From Psammoneis japonica (lineage: Eukaryota), in assembly GCA_008632985.1 (NCBI GenBank), contig QPGO01000340.1, positions 1-51,858 of the forward strand: DNA of 51,858 bases, read 5' to 3'. The translations under genes and the position numbers were made by a program. The notes below the pieces were generated by a model that ran no database searches, had not been told where the DNA came from, and saw only the letters and a program-made list of their open reading frames with translations. Shown here in pieces: positions 34,100 to 47,200 of the stretch. Positions within the stretch are counted from its first letter, which is position 1; each line of letters starts with the position of its first letter.

Positions 34100-37000
34100 G
34101 CCTGAAGGCCGCGCCTGTTTGTGGCTTTGTGCCTTGCAGTTTGTGTGTCGGCAACAATGATGCCTCTGAAATTATCCACCCACAACAGAGACACCCAATT
34201 GCCCGGCTGTCATTGTGGAGCTCTTTGTCTTCTGCTCCAACCTCTTTTGATGGTGGGAGTCTCCAGAGTGGGGGTCCTTGCAGCACACGCGCACGCACCA
34301 TGCACAAAAACAAGGCAAAGAAATCACACCATGAGTGGTTGCAAATGTGGCACAGCACAATGGTTCCATTGGAAACCACAGCTGTTGTTCTGCACTGGAT
34401 TCCTTTTAAGACAGGCCAGCATTGCTGAGTGCGAGGAGCAGAGTTCAGCACTTTCTGGCAACCAGGGTGCACTCTCTGTCGTCCAGTGTCCGTGCCAGCC
34501 ATGGCAAACAAAAGTTCTCTCATTGCCAATGACAGCTCAGCTGCAGCTCAATTTCAAGCAGCAAAGCCAAATTTGTCAGAGGCATCAACAAACTGTCATT
34601 CACGCAACTCTGTCAGCGGCAGCTTGGGGGTGCCCTCTGGCCTTTTTCCTCTGCTCCTGGCGGCATTGTTGTGCCATCAATGCAAGTCTGTTTTTCTTCT
34701 TTCCTGCCACTGAGGTTGCTTCATTGTTGGAGCTTCAAACTTTCCACACCATTCTTGTCTTGATTTGCTGCTTTCCAAGTTGATGCTCAACTTTGACTTT
34801 GTTTTGGAGGAAATGAGCTCCTCTTTTCTTTGTCGGATGGTGGACTGTCAAGTGTGCTGCTCAATGAGAGAGGGTTGGATTCATTGCAGTGAGCCAATTT
34901 TTCAAGGCTCACCAAGCATGTGGGTGTCCTTTGCCATTGGCCACAGAGTTCAAAACAAACATTGCGAAGCAACGTTGCAGAAAGCTCCAGAGGCCCTGCT
35001 CGAGTGCTGCAGACGAAAGAACTGGGGGTCAGGTTCCTGGCTGAAGTTGCATGTCTCCCAAGCACATGCCATGCATCTAACATCACTGTTGTTTGCATTG
35101 GTGAAGTTGATTTGTCTTCCTTTGCTGACAAAGTGGACTGGATTGGCATCAATGCCGCAGTTGCGAGTGGGTGTCATCACAACAAGATGCCAAACAGCAC
35201 GTCTGCTGCCTCCCATCAGAGACCCAATTGTTGTGACATTGGCCCTTCTGGTGGCCGATCAAGCAGTTGTGACAATTTGAAAGAGATGGCCATTGGACTT
35301 CCAGGTCATGTCAAGCAACCTAGAATCCAAGCAGTGCAGATGAGGTGCACACACAACCATGCATTCGTTGATGGTTTGGTGTTGACATTGTCCAGATTGA
35401 CGGGCATCATGGCCAACATTGCTCCATGGGTTCCTGCTGGACAATTGCCCTTTCAAGACAATTTGCACCCAGATTGTCATGCTGCCTTTGACCTCATTGC
35501 AAGATCCACTGCAACATGAAGAATGGATCCATCAGCAGCATTCGTGGCACATCTTCCATTGAAAATGACCCAATCACCAGGGAGCTCATCCAGCATGGAA
35601 TCAATGTGCAGGTGCACAAAGCCATTGATGACATCTGCACAAACTGCATTGCCAAAGACCCAGCTCTTGACAATCTCTTGGAAAGCTGCTCTGCTTGTGA
35701 TCCAAAAGGACATTGAATGTCCAACAAATGGTGGGAAGGACAAGTTCACAAATGGACACCAGGCTTTCCTTGTGTCCACAACCAGTGCAATCTTTCAGCC
35801 TGGGCAGTTGTGCAATGTTGTTGCATGATTCAATTGTGTGCTTTTCATTGAAGTTCAACCTCAAGTTTGTTGAAATCAAAATGATGTCACTCTGTGAATG
35901 ACGTGCTGAATGTCTGTGTGCAATGGCTGCACACTTGGTGTTGGATGAAACTTGCATGCTGCTGCTTTTGACACCATGAGACTCACTGTGTGTCATGCAA
36001 AATGAAATGTTTGGTTGCTGTGTCACTGAGATGATGCCTGCCCAATTCAATGCATTCAAGCAGAAAGGTTTGCATGCAACACAGTCTTTTCACTGATGGG
36101 GGCAGTCACTGGACCCAGCTGACAAGTTGGCAAGGAAGATGTGAAAGTCACAAGTCAAGATTCAGGCAAGTGCCTGCCTGTGTGTTTGGAGATGCCATGG
36201 CAATGACCATCCAAGTTTGACAAAACAACCCAAGTCATGCTGCAAAGATTTCCCTGAGGTCACAGCTGAGAAATTGAGTGACAGCAGCAACCTTGCTGCA
36301 ACACATTCTATTTCCATGAATGCACAAATGGGTTTCCTCCCAGCTTGCATGTCCAAAGTTGCCCTTGTCAAGACAAGTGCACCAGTGATTGTTTCCATCA
36401 ACAAGGAACTTAGCCCATCAGATTAATTGAACTCTGAAAGCAAAATCCAGTTGTTTGCAAAAACTCTTGTGCATCATCTTTGAGCCAAAAAAGGACAGGT
36501 GGAGTTTCACCATGATTGCTGGTGTGAGGCCTTCCTTTGTGAAGAAAAGAAACAACACAACTGTCAAGAGTTGGAATTCTGGTGGGATGCTCTTTGTTCA
36601 AGAACTCAAAGTTTGTGTTTGAGTGGGTTTCTTTGGACAAAACACTGACAGTCCCACCTGGAACAGATTTTGTTCATGTGGAGAATGCAGGCAGACCATT
36701 GACTTCATTCCTTTTAGTTGTGACAGGTTGAAGTGGAGTGAAGTTGCAAGTCATGTGGACATTGGTCTGCCAAGCAATGGAAAGCTGCCCTCTCCCATTG
36801 ATTGCAGTCCTTGGAGTTTCCCAGGGAACTGTTGGCTCCCAAGACATGGCTCACACCACCAGTTGACCATGAAGTCAACTTGCTGCAACCCCTGTCAGTC
36901 ATGACAGGTGGGAACATCTCCCAGGATGCACTTGGCAAAGCACTTGGTGGCACTAAAACAAGGTGAAGTAATTTTCACATTGCATTTTTTAAAAATGCTT

Positions 37001-40000
37001 CAACTGGTGTGTGTCATGCTGTGCAACAACAGTCAGGCAGCAGCACTGTTGAGTGCATCATCAAGTTGAGTGGGAGTGCCCACATGGCAATGTGGCTGTG
37101 TGATGTGACATGAGTGGGAGCATTGACATGGCCATGTTGTGTGAGTGCTGGTTTGTGCCACCAACACAACTGCATCACACCACCATGACCACTGATTGGT
37201 CTGTCTTGCTGAGTTGAGTGTGACCATTGAAATGCATCAAGCCCATTGCAGCAGATGTGGGTCCTTCTGCATGTGGTCTCCCACACTTGGAACAATTCTC
37301 TGAAATCCATTGCAGTGGTCAGTTTCCATTGCTGGCACCTGAGTCAAAAGAGTGAAACTTTTGCCATGGATGTCAGCAATCACAGCATCTGGCAGCTCTG
37401 CAATGGGTGACACACTGGGCATGTCAACCAGGGGCACATTCTGTGACTCAAAAACACCACAAAGCATGCTTGGCTTTGGCATTGAGAGGTTGTGCACATT
37501 GTCAGTCTCTGCTTCAGGCTTTCCATCACCCTCATTGGGTTGTGCAATTCATCAAAAGGGCAATCTTTGAAAGGGAGGTTGTCTTCTCTGGCATGGTCTC
37601 TGCAGTTGAGTTCCAAACAAAAGCCCCCAGCAGTGTTGCTGTCACTGTCATCCCCATCATCAGCATTTCCAACTTGGGACATTTGGGAAAATCTGATGAT
37701 CTCATCATGGTGGTCCATGGGCATGGCACACTTGATTGCCAAATCCGCTTGTTCTCTCAAGCAGCTCTGCAACAAATCAGCTGCTTTGGCTTCATTGAAA
37801 AATGACTTCTCTTGCAAAGTGGTGGGAGGAGGCAAAGTTGACAGGTCAAAGTGGTGGGCGGCATCCTGGGGCCTTTGATGGTGTCTTGTTCTGTTAAATT
37901 TTTCCCATCATGTTGCTTGTCTCCTGTGCATGCATGGTGAAAACACTTGTGCCACCAAACAAATGGAAACATCATGATGGGTGAAACTCTTGAAGGTTGC
38001 ACCGAGCTTGAACAGCACATCTTTCATTTGGTGACTGCAGCACCCAAGTCCAGTTTGATTGAACTCCAAGCAGCTAAAGTAGAGAACTCCATTTGCATCC
38101 ATTCTGACCATGTGAACTCAACAAACAAACTTTGGAGTGCACTTGAAGAAAGTGTTTGATTCCAAGTCTTCACCCATTTCCTCTTGAGGCCTTCTTTGGA
38201 CTTTGTCTGCAGAATGGAAGAGATTTCCACCAATGATTTGGGATGCCCTCAGCTGGGGTCACAACAAGGTGGTCAGTCATTGGCAACTTTGACCACAGGC
38301 ATTTTGTGTGTGCCAAGTGACTGGAGGCAGCACACAGCTCCATTGCCTTCATGTCTAACTGCCTGGCAAGCTTGAAGGTGCTTGTGGCCAAATTGTGTGA
38401 CAGCAGAACAGGAGCGGAATGACTCTTCATTCCTGAGTTTGTTCCCTCATGTCTGGAGCTGTTTGCCTTTTCTTCAATTTGTCACACTGTCACCATGTTG
38501 CCCTTGTGAACCATCAACACAAATGGCAAATGAAGGAACATCTAAAGCAGAACCTTTGAAACCTTCAATCCCTCACATTGTTCTCACAACCACCCAGGCA
38601 TGCATCTGAGAGCACAACCAGGCCTTGTGAAGGACACAAGCTGTTTGTGGTGTGTCTTCTTGCATCCTGCAGGTCCCACACAACTGTCTCCCGGGCAGAT
38701 GTGTGTGTCCAGCCTGTCCTTTTTCCACAATGTGCCACCATGGCAGCACCTTGCTTGAAATGTGTGAGGCATGTGGGTGGCTGTCACTTTGACACAGGAG
38801 AGAGTGTGCTTTCATTTGACAGAGTTGGCAGCACCACTTGAAAGACCCAGCAGAAGGTGGGCTGTGTTTGGTCTGGCCTGGCAAGTGCAACCTCAGAAAC
38901 ATGGAGCGCTTCCATCTGGCGCCCTTGCCAAAAATGTGAGAAGGACATGCTTCTTCTCATTTGAGTGGGAAGTTGCATCAACTTTCACCACATGGCAGAG
39001 CAACATGAGAAAATGGCACTTTTCACAGCTCAATTGTTCAGGCAGTGCCAACAAAAAGATTGTCACAAGGATGGAGATGCATGGAGTCATGTTCATGCTG
39101 ACACAGTGCTGGAACCTCTGAGCAAGCTCCTCCAAATTGCCATGCTTCATCAAACAAAAGGGATGACTGGTGATGCAGATTTCTGTCATGGTTGGGTGTT
39201 CTCTGCTGAGTTTTGACCGCTGCCCAAGATGCAGCAGTTAACATCATCATGACTCACAAAGAGGTGCTGCAACTCAGATGCACCTTTCTTGGGAGGAGCT
39301 TCCTCCTCAGGAGGGAGAATTGGTGCAACAAGATCTTCTTCATCATCAGCATGCATGACATGCTGCATCATTTGCTGATGGGTCAGGAAGCAGTCTTTGT
39401 TTGCTAAAACACAATTTTGCACATGAGCAGTGCCCAATTGTCCCTTGCACATCCACTTGATTGCTGTGATGCTTGCGGATTTGAGCTCATAAATCTTCTT
39501 TTGCATCTCATCCGGTGCTTGTTTGAGGTGATTGCACTGAGCAAGACAGCTGGCTCCACATCAAAAGAGGCAATCATCAAATGAATTGCACTTGATTGAG
39601 ATGTTCCATCCACAAGTGGATGCAGAGTCCAAGCTCTTGCTTGTTTGCTGGTGATGATGTTGCTTTTTGTTGCCTTGTGCATTGTTGTTTCTGTGATGAT
39701 CATCCAGAAAAGAAGGCTTGTGGTGCTTGCCCTTCTCTCCTGCCCTTGCATGTTTTTGGTCTGAGTCAGACTGTCAGGTGTGTGCCAAGCATGACTGACA
39801 CAACACTTGGCTGCTGTGGTTGGCCGTGATCTCAAAACCAGTGGATTTTGCTGCAGCACAGCCCAAATGCAGCCACGCAGCATGGAGTGCATCGCATCAT
39901 CTTTGCTGCAACCTTTGACTCTGTTTGGCTGTGATCATGGATGTTTTCATGTCATCAAAGCATGCAAGCAATTCTTTGTGAAGAAATGGGCTTTGTTGTT

Positions 40001-40880
40001 GGTGGTGAAAGAGGAGCACCATCTGGGCAAAAGTGGGTGGGGGAGTGTTTGCTGGTGACAGCACTGCACAAACTGGCAAAAGGAGAGGGCTGTGCCAGTC
40101 ATCTTCAAGACAATTGAAATGACTGTCAACAAGCTCTTCATGACTTGATGTGTGTCCTCATCCCAGTGTGGCCTCTGCCCCATGGCAGAAGAGGAGGACA
40201 ACCCCTTTGCTGTTTTCATCAAAAGAAGAGTTTGTCTTCATCAAAAGCTTCATCATCTTCATCAAAAGCCATCATGGCAAGGAGGTGCTTGCCATGCCTC
40301 CAGCAAGAGTGCTTGCACTGTCAATGGCATTGGGGCTGGGGATGTGCCACTGGATTCAAACAGGATTTTCCAAGCCAGAGAGACAGGGCAAAACCACAAA
40401 AATTTTGACAACAAACATGATGTTGGCCCGCAAATGTGGACACAACATGCAAAGTGGTTTGCCAAAATGACTGCTCTTGCAGCAAAGTGTTTTCAGGTTT
40501 GCACTCTTTTTGTCATGTTTGCAGTGCACCACCCCTTCAGACATGAATGTGTGTCCTTGGCTTCAGCCTCATCGTGGGTCCCTGCAAATGTGGAGGGTAA
40601 CCCAGAAACCTTGTGAGTCCTGCGTGCAAGTGCGGGGACTCTTCACGTGCATTTTACACCAGAGCTGCAGCATTGCCAGTGAGCCAGCTTGGTGGCTTGC
40701 TCGAATGGGTGGGGGGATTTTGGAGAAAGTGGATGCACACACATCTCATGCACACCAGCACAAAGCAGGGTGAATTGCAACTTTTAAGAACGTGCAAATG
40801 GCCACAGCAGAGCTGCAGACAAAATGCAATGAGCTGCCATCTGTCAGAGCTGAACAGTTCCTCACTTGTCTTGCACAGCA
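34100..40880. mobile_element. Heavily decayed repeat/TE block depleted of both TpA and CpG; family not recognisable
   Basis: No TA or CG found by eye in 37021-37740. Only short Cys/His/Trp-rich ORFs. Abrupt transition from normal composition near 34.0-34.15 kb. Confidence 0.65.
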
Positions 40881-40914
40881 CCCAAATTAGACTGAATGCA
40901 AATGCAAGCCAAGC

Positions 40915-41259
40915 ACAACAAGGATGAGTGCAAGATCAATCATGCTCACTGTAAATGCATGTGACCAAACAAACAAAACACACAAATGTTGTCCAAACTT
41001 GTTGCAAACAAGCCATTCCAGGCATTTTTGTTGAGTTCCAAGCAAAGGCATCGTGCACATGTGATGCAAAAGTGGCTCCAATGCATCCACACAAGATGGA
41101 TCACACTCACTGCAAATGCATGTGAGCCAAACAAACAACACACACAAATGTTGTCCAAACTTGTTGCACACAAGCCAACCTCAATCGAGGCATTTTTTGT
41201 TGAGTTCCAAGCACAGAGGCATCATGCACAAATGACATGACAGTGGCTCCAACACATCC
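40915..41259. repeat. About 165-180 bp tandem repeat, left part (2 copies)
   Basis: Unit contains CTCACTG[TC]AAATGCATGTGA..CAAACAAAC..ACACACAAATGTTGTCCAAACTTGTTGCA..GTTGAGTTCCAAGC..GGCATC..GTGGCTCCAA. Confidence 0.9.
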
Positions 41260-44200
41260 TCTTAGTGGATCGTGTCATTCCCACTTAGATGCAGCACATC
41301 TGTGCTGTGCACTGTGCACTCACATAGAATCAGCACTGGAGCCTGCAGAGCACACTGCAGACCGAAGCACACATCACGCGAGTCGTGTGGAAAATTTTCG
41401 TTGTGATGTTCCTTGTTGAGCTCCAACTCATCTCTAGAGTGGGAAACAACTTGCCCGACTTGATGCCAGAATGACACATCCAAATGAGAATGGCAACAGT
41501 TCCTGAGAATTCAGGACATTCTTCATCATCCCAAACCATGAAATGAAGATCCTTGTCATCACGCTTGCCACGGATTTTGGCACAGAGACCCTTGACGGCA
41601 TTCTCCGACACTTGGCAGCACTTGGTGACAAACTTCTCAACCGTCATCTCCAAAACCTCTTCGCAGCGTAGAAATGACTTTGCACCAACAACAATGACAG
41701 TCCAAAGCATTGGATGACACTTGTCATTGTGTGACAAACAGCAGCCTCGAACAGCCCGCACCTCGCCCGGCAAGAATGCAAAAGCACTTCTGGCTTCGCA
41801 GCAGTTCGATGCATGGTCTTGCCATTGGTCAATTGCAGCCTTGAAATCTTCATGTTTGGTGGCATTTCCATATGCCAGAAATGGGGATCACCAGGGTGTT
41901 TGCGGCATCCAGTGCCCTTTCGGGCTTCATCCTCGCAATCTCACGACAATCAGCACACATTTCTCTGTGTTTGCCATTGGTGTTTCGCAGTGCTTGTGAA
42001 GCTTGCTCATGGCAGTGCGGAAGAGCCCAGTGGAAGAATGACCTTTCCAATCCCCAATGCAGGTGATGGGGTTTCCACACCGGTCCTTTGCTGGAGCGTT
42101 TGTGCAGTTGTGAAGCAGTGGTTTGCCCTTTTGTTTTGTCCTGAACTGAGCAAACTGGGTTGCTGCATCCAAATTCAAAGGAAAAGGATCTGATGGACAC
42201 AAGTCACATGCCGGCAGCATGGCACTTTCAGAGTCACCAATGGGGCAACAGAAGTCACGAAAAAGCCTCCATGTGGGTTCATGCCGTGCAATGGAACTGG
42301 TCGCAATGGTGTCAGTGCCTGCTTCGCCGGTCTTTTTGTTCTTCCCTGCAATTGCAAGTTTTGGTGACGTTGTGTCTAGCTTGTGCTTTGTCAGCATCTT
42401 GTTCAAGCTCGACTCACCAAGAGAGCGGGTTTGCTGCATTATGTTGAATCCGCCGCCCTTCAAAACAACGTAAGATGCCATCGTCGAGTGTGTGTTTTCT
42501 GTCTCGCGAACGAGAAATGCGAGTTTGGGTTGATTTTCTTGTGGCGTGCCCCTCGAGTTTTTGAATGACCCTTTGGACAAAGCCACTTGGGGACGAAAGA
42601 AAGTCAAAATTTGCTTGTCAGTGCACCGGTGTGCACCGGAAATTGTGCCAGTGCACTTGAATTGCACCGCCCCCTTCAACTGAGCACACGTCACCATCTC
42701 AAAATGTCAACCCCCCTCTGGTGCCTGCAGACACAGGGATCTCTGTCAGGTTGTGAGCAACGCTTACACAGACGTGCAAGCAAGGCTCCTCTGCCACTGC
42801 TGACAACACATTTTCCTCTCGTTTCATTGTCGACGACACCGGCAGAGAGCGTTTGCATCATAAACTTTGCCGCTCTGTTGACGACAACGACGTCCGCGTA
42901 TTGGACACTGATTCACGCCATTGCCGTTTGTTTTTGTGGCTGCTTGCGTGGGCATCAGTGTGCTTTCTACGTACGTTGCGATCTCCTTGGGTCCACACCA
43001 CAGAGATCCGATCCATGCTGCCCCTGCGTGTTGTAATGACATCGATTTTTATTTTCATTGTCGATCACCATGGCGCCTGCTAACAGCACCCGTTCGAAAA
43101 CGGCATCCTCTTGGCGGGCCACTCTGTCGTCACTCCAGGCCGCTGTGTCACCAATGTCGGCCGACGGCTCCCAAGTCTCTCCTCCTCCGGTGGAGACTGG
43201 CCCAACATCTGCTGGCAACACAATGGCAGAGGATGCTTTGGCGCCTCACAATGCGCCCATGGCAGAGGACGCAATTGAGGCTGAAGCCACATTGGCGGTG
43301 AACATCACTGCTCCGGAAGCCGACGCGATTCTTGCACAGACGGACACCGCCGATTCTGTGTCAGAGCAGCCGGCGCCACCAGTGCTGCCAAGCTTCCTCC
43401 ACGCTTGCCGCCTGCCCTACCTCCTGAATAGCCTCACACGCCTCCTGGCACTCCCCCGATGCCTGAGGAACCTCCTGACCCTCCACACTCACCTCCGACA
43501 TCGACGCAGGCTCTCCTCAAGACGTTTGAGAGCAGTCTCACATCAGCAGTTGCCCGCATTCATGAACACAAGCGGGCACTAGATGCATCTGTGGAAGAGG
43601 TTTCCAAGCTAAAATGGGAGCTGCGCGAACTCCATTCGGTCACGAACAATCATGCCTCGGCCATTGCGGACCTCAAACATGCTCGTGATTTCAAGCTCCC
43701 ACGAACCGAGGTCCAGACCCAGCTGAAAGCAACTGCGGATGAAGCCATTGCTTTGGCTGGAGATGCGGCCAACGAAGCTTTGGCAACACGTGATGCTCAA
43801 TTCTCAGAAGCTCTCGACAAGAAGATTGTCCCATTTACGAAGCAGCGGAAGCTGCGATCCTCAAATGCATCCATTCTGCTGCGACAACTGCACACAACAA
43901 CATGGTGTCTTTTGTGGCGGAACAAACCAGCCGACTAGAATCCGCTGCTTTGGAAGCCATCCGTGCTGTGGGAGACCACGTCGGTGCAACCCGTAAAAAG
44001 TTCCAGGCTCGGATCAAGCATGATGTCAAGCTTCACATGGATGACCTGGACATCACCCTTGCCCATTTGGACTCCACCAAGAAAGCCACTGAGCAGACAA
44101 TTCAAAATGGCCTCAGTGTGGCCAGTGCCATGGCAGACATCTTGGAAGACTGTGAAAACGCTGCCGCGCCCTCTTCTGCGGTTACATCATCTGCTCCGGC

Positions 44201-47200
44201 CACAGGAATCCAATGTGTCACAAAGGACCACCTTGCGGACACACTGAAGGACAACTTGGATGGACTCCAGGCTCAGCTGATCTCACAGCAAGATGCCACT
44301 CAAGTGCATGCCGGCAAGATCAAACGTGCCACTGATGCATCTGAAGCTGCCAGGCGTGCGGTTGCTGGGGTTCAGAAGGAACTGGGCAAATGTCGATCGG
44401 AGTTGTCGACTCTGACGGCAACCATGTCACCCGCCACTCCGGATCCTGGACCAACGGTTGCAAAAACGCATTGCTTCTTTGTTGAACAACATCGCTGATT
44501 GTCTCATGACCTCGCCCGATCCCACGACATCTCCGGCAACCCCGGTTGTTGGCACCAATCATGCTGCTGCGAGCAAACCAGCCTCCTCATCGGAACGACA
44601 CCACAACTCCAAAACCTTCCGTGAGACCCCCGGTCCCTTTCTCCGCTCCATGGAACCCAACAACATCGCACTGTTCCTCAAAGGCATGCACACACGGTGC
44701 ACCCAGGCCAACATTCCCATCCGGGATCCGGACACTCTTGCTTGTGAGAAGTCCGACTTCTGCAACCCGATGTCAGCAAGCACATCCCATCGTCAATGCC
44801 ATGCGATTGAGATGCACTCGAAACTGGTGCAGGACAACACACTTCCGGATCACCGATTGTGCGAAGGATGGAAAAAGACACACGCAGCGTCGATGGATGG
44901 TTTTGCGATGCTCAATCACCTCGCTGCTCTTGGCCTTCCACCCCTGACGGGCAAAGCAGTCAACACCCCGTCCTGGAAGGGTGACCTGTGTGAGCTTGTG
45001 GTGGAATTCACCATTTGCTTTGCCACCATTGAAGCCTCACATGCCAAGATGGATCCCACTGCACCCCCGGCCTGCTCGGAATGCCAGAAGTCTCTCAAAT
45101 TGCTGGAGGCTGTTCCAGCCGGCATGCATGAACCAGCTCTCCTCCTCAAACACCATCTGAATGAGATTGGGGACTCTGCTCCCTTGCCCCATGATCTGCA
45201 CCTGGTGTCTCTTGTCACACAGATTGACCCCAGGCTTGCTGCGAATGCTGACCCGATGGGCTCCTTGAGTGCATTCCACGGCCGACCATCTCACGGCCGC
45301 CAGTCAGCTTCACCGGATCGACAGCACACCCCATTCCAGCCCCGGAAGGATCTCATTTGTGATGCTTGTGGAGCGCATGGCCACAGTCACTTTAACTGCA
45401 CCAACCCAGCCCGCACTGCATTGCTGCTGGATTTTGTCAAGGTCAACACGGAGAAAGTCACGTCCATTGTCTCTAAATGGCATTCCCACAACAAACGCTG
45501 AAAGGACACACCACGCCTGACTGCCCGTCCATTTGCGGCAGATGTTTCGAGTGACATTGTCGATTGTGTGATGGATGAAACAGCCTTGGACCTCCCATTT
45601 GAGTTGGGTGCACCTCCGGATTTTCTGCAAGCCGGCCGCATGCTCCATCCATGTGTGGTGAACGGCTTGCCAATGGCTGCGGGGCAGATGATCAGGATGA
45701 CACATCGTCTCTGCCTTCCGCTGACTCTCCGATCCCCACCTCAGTTTGTCGCTCTTTCGCATCCAGCATCCCATGCTTTGACCAGCTCCCGGACTGGAGT
45801 CATTCCGGCCATCCTTCCGATCTCGCTTAGCACGGATTCGGATTCTGCGACATCGTGCTCGACACCGGACGATGACTCACTTTCCCTGTCGGACGAGTCA
45901 TGGGCTGCGGCGGTCGAGGATTTTGCCGAAGACCCTCAGGCTGCCCTCCACTGCTTTGCGATGAAATTTGAGTCCATGGAGTCCGTCACTCCTCCCACCA
46001 TTGTGCTTTCCACGGCTCTGGCACTGGAACATGAAACCGCGCCACTGCCCACCTTCCACCGTGCCAGCATTGGGAACCTTGCTGCGGACTCTCCAGTGGA
46101 AGCATCCGGGCAAACGGACACTGGTGCCAACTGCAGTGCCACATCCCAACGACACCTGCTTGCCAACTGTCGCCGTTTTACGAATCCCAAACCCATGAGC
46201 ACAGCATCCGCGGCCGACACCCACACTCACAGCGCTGGGTGCAGGCATGCACACCATCCGTGACATGGACAATTGTGAGTGTGATGTCCTGATGTTTTGC
46301 TGCCCTGGGCTGGGTGAAACCCTGACCTCCCCTGATCACATGTGCAGAGCGTCCAAAGAGCAGTGCAACCAATGCCATGCTTCGCATTTTCAGGATTCTG
46401 GACACGGAATGCCAACGGTGACAATCATGACCGTTCACTTGTCCGGTCTTTTCCCATGGTACGAGCAAATGGCTTGTGGTTTATCCCACAACTCCGCCCT
46501 GATGCACCCCCAACCGACGGTTGCACGGAACTGGAGGGTGCCATGCAAACATTGTGGATGCATCCACCAACATTGAGAGACCTTGGACATGAGTTCGATG
46601 TGCCTGATCCTCCCGGCAAATGCGAACAACTTGACTCTGATGTCCCATCATCCCCTGCGCCCATGGACCCTGTCCCCGAACATCCCAGCAACAGTGAGGG
46701 CCCGTCCAATGTTCCAGAACCACAACTGTCCTCCCTTCAACGCATCACCACCAGCAACTTGGCACCATTGCCTGGGTCACCCTGGCATGCACCACTGTTG
46801 TACCTGCGCCGACATGCCACAGGCATCCCATCATCCACTGATGCCACACCTCATCCCCATCGATCATGCTCTGCATGCAATGATGCCTGGCACAGGCACA
46901 CCCCCATGGGATCCCAACAGGACGACATGGACTTGGACCCAGCGGCATTTCCAGATGGACTGTGGGTGTGTGCGCACTTCTGGGCCGGACATGAAACCAT
47001 GCTCGAAGAAACAACGTGACAAGGAAGGCATTGAGCGCATTGTTCAATCACATGATGGGTGCAATTCGTGCCTGCTCATCATGGACGCTGAGACTGGGCA
47101 TGCGTGGGTGTTCCTTGCCCCGAGTGAGGACCCACCAATTGAACTGGTGGATGCTTTCTCCTGGCTCGGCACAAGTGCACTGATGGCACACGCACGGTTG

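Noticed and set aside
39400..40600. Second Crypton-like recombinase remnant on the minus strand (SKFLWFC..PAPMPL)
   Set aside because: Only a faint resemblance to the 41.4-42.7 kb ORF and no catalytic motifs can be recovered by eye.
34100..41259. Dozens of overlapping Cys/His/Trp-rich ORFs (also in 9780-16578) that look like metal-binding proteins
   Set aside because: Loss of TA removes TAA/TAG stops and TG/CA excess creates Cys, His and Trp codons in all six frames. No family motifs are present.
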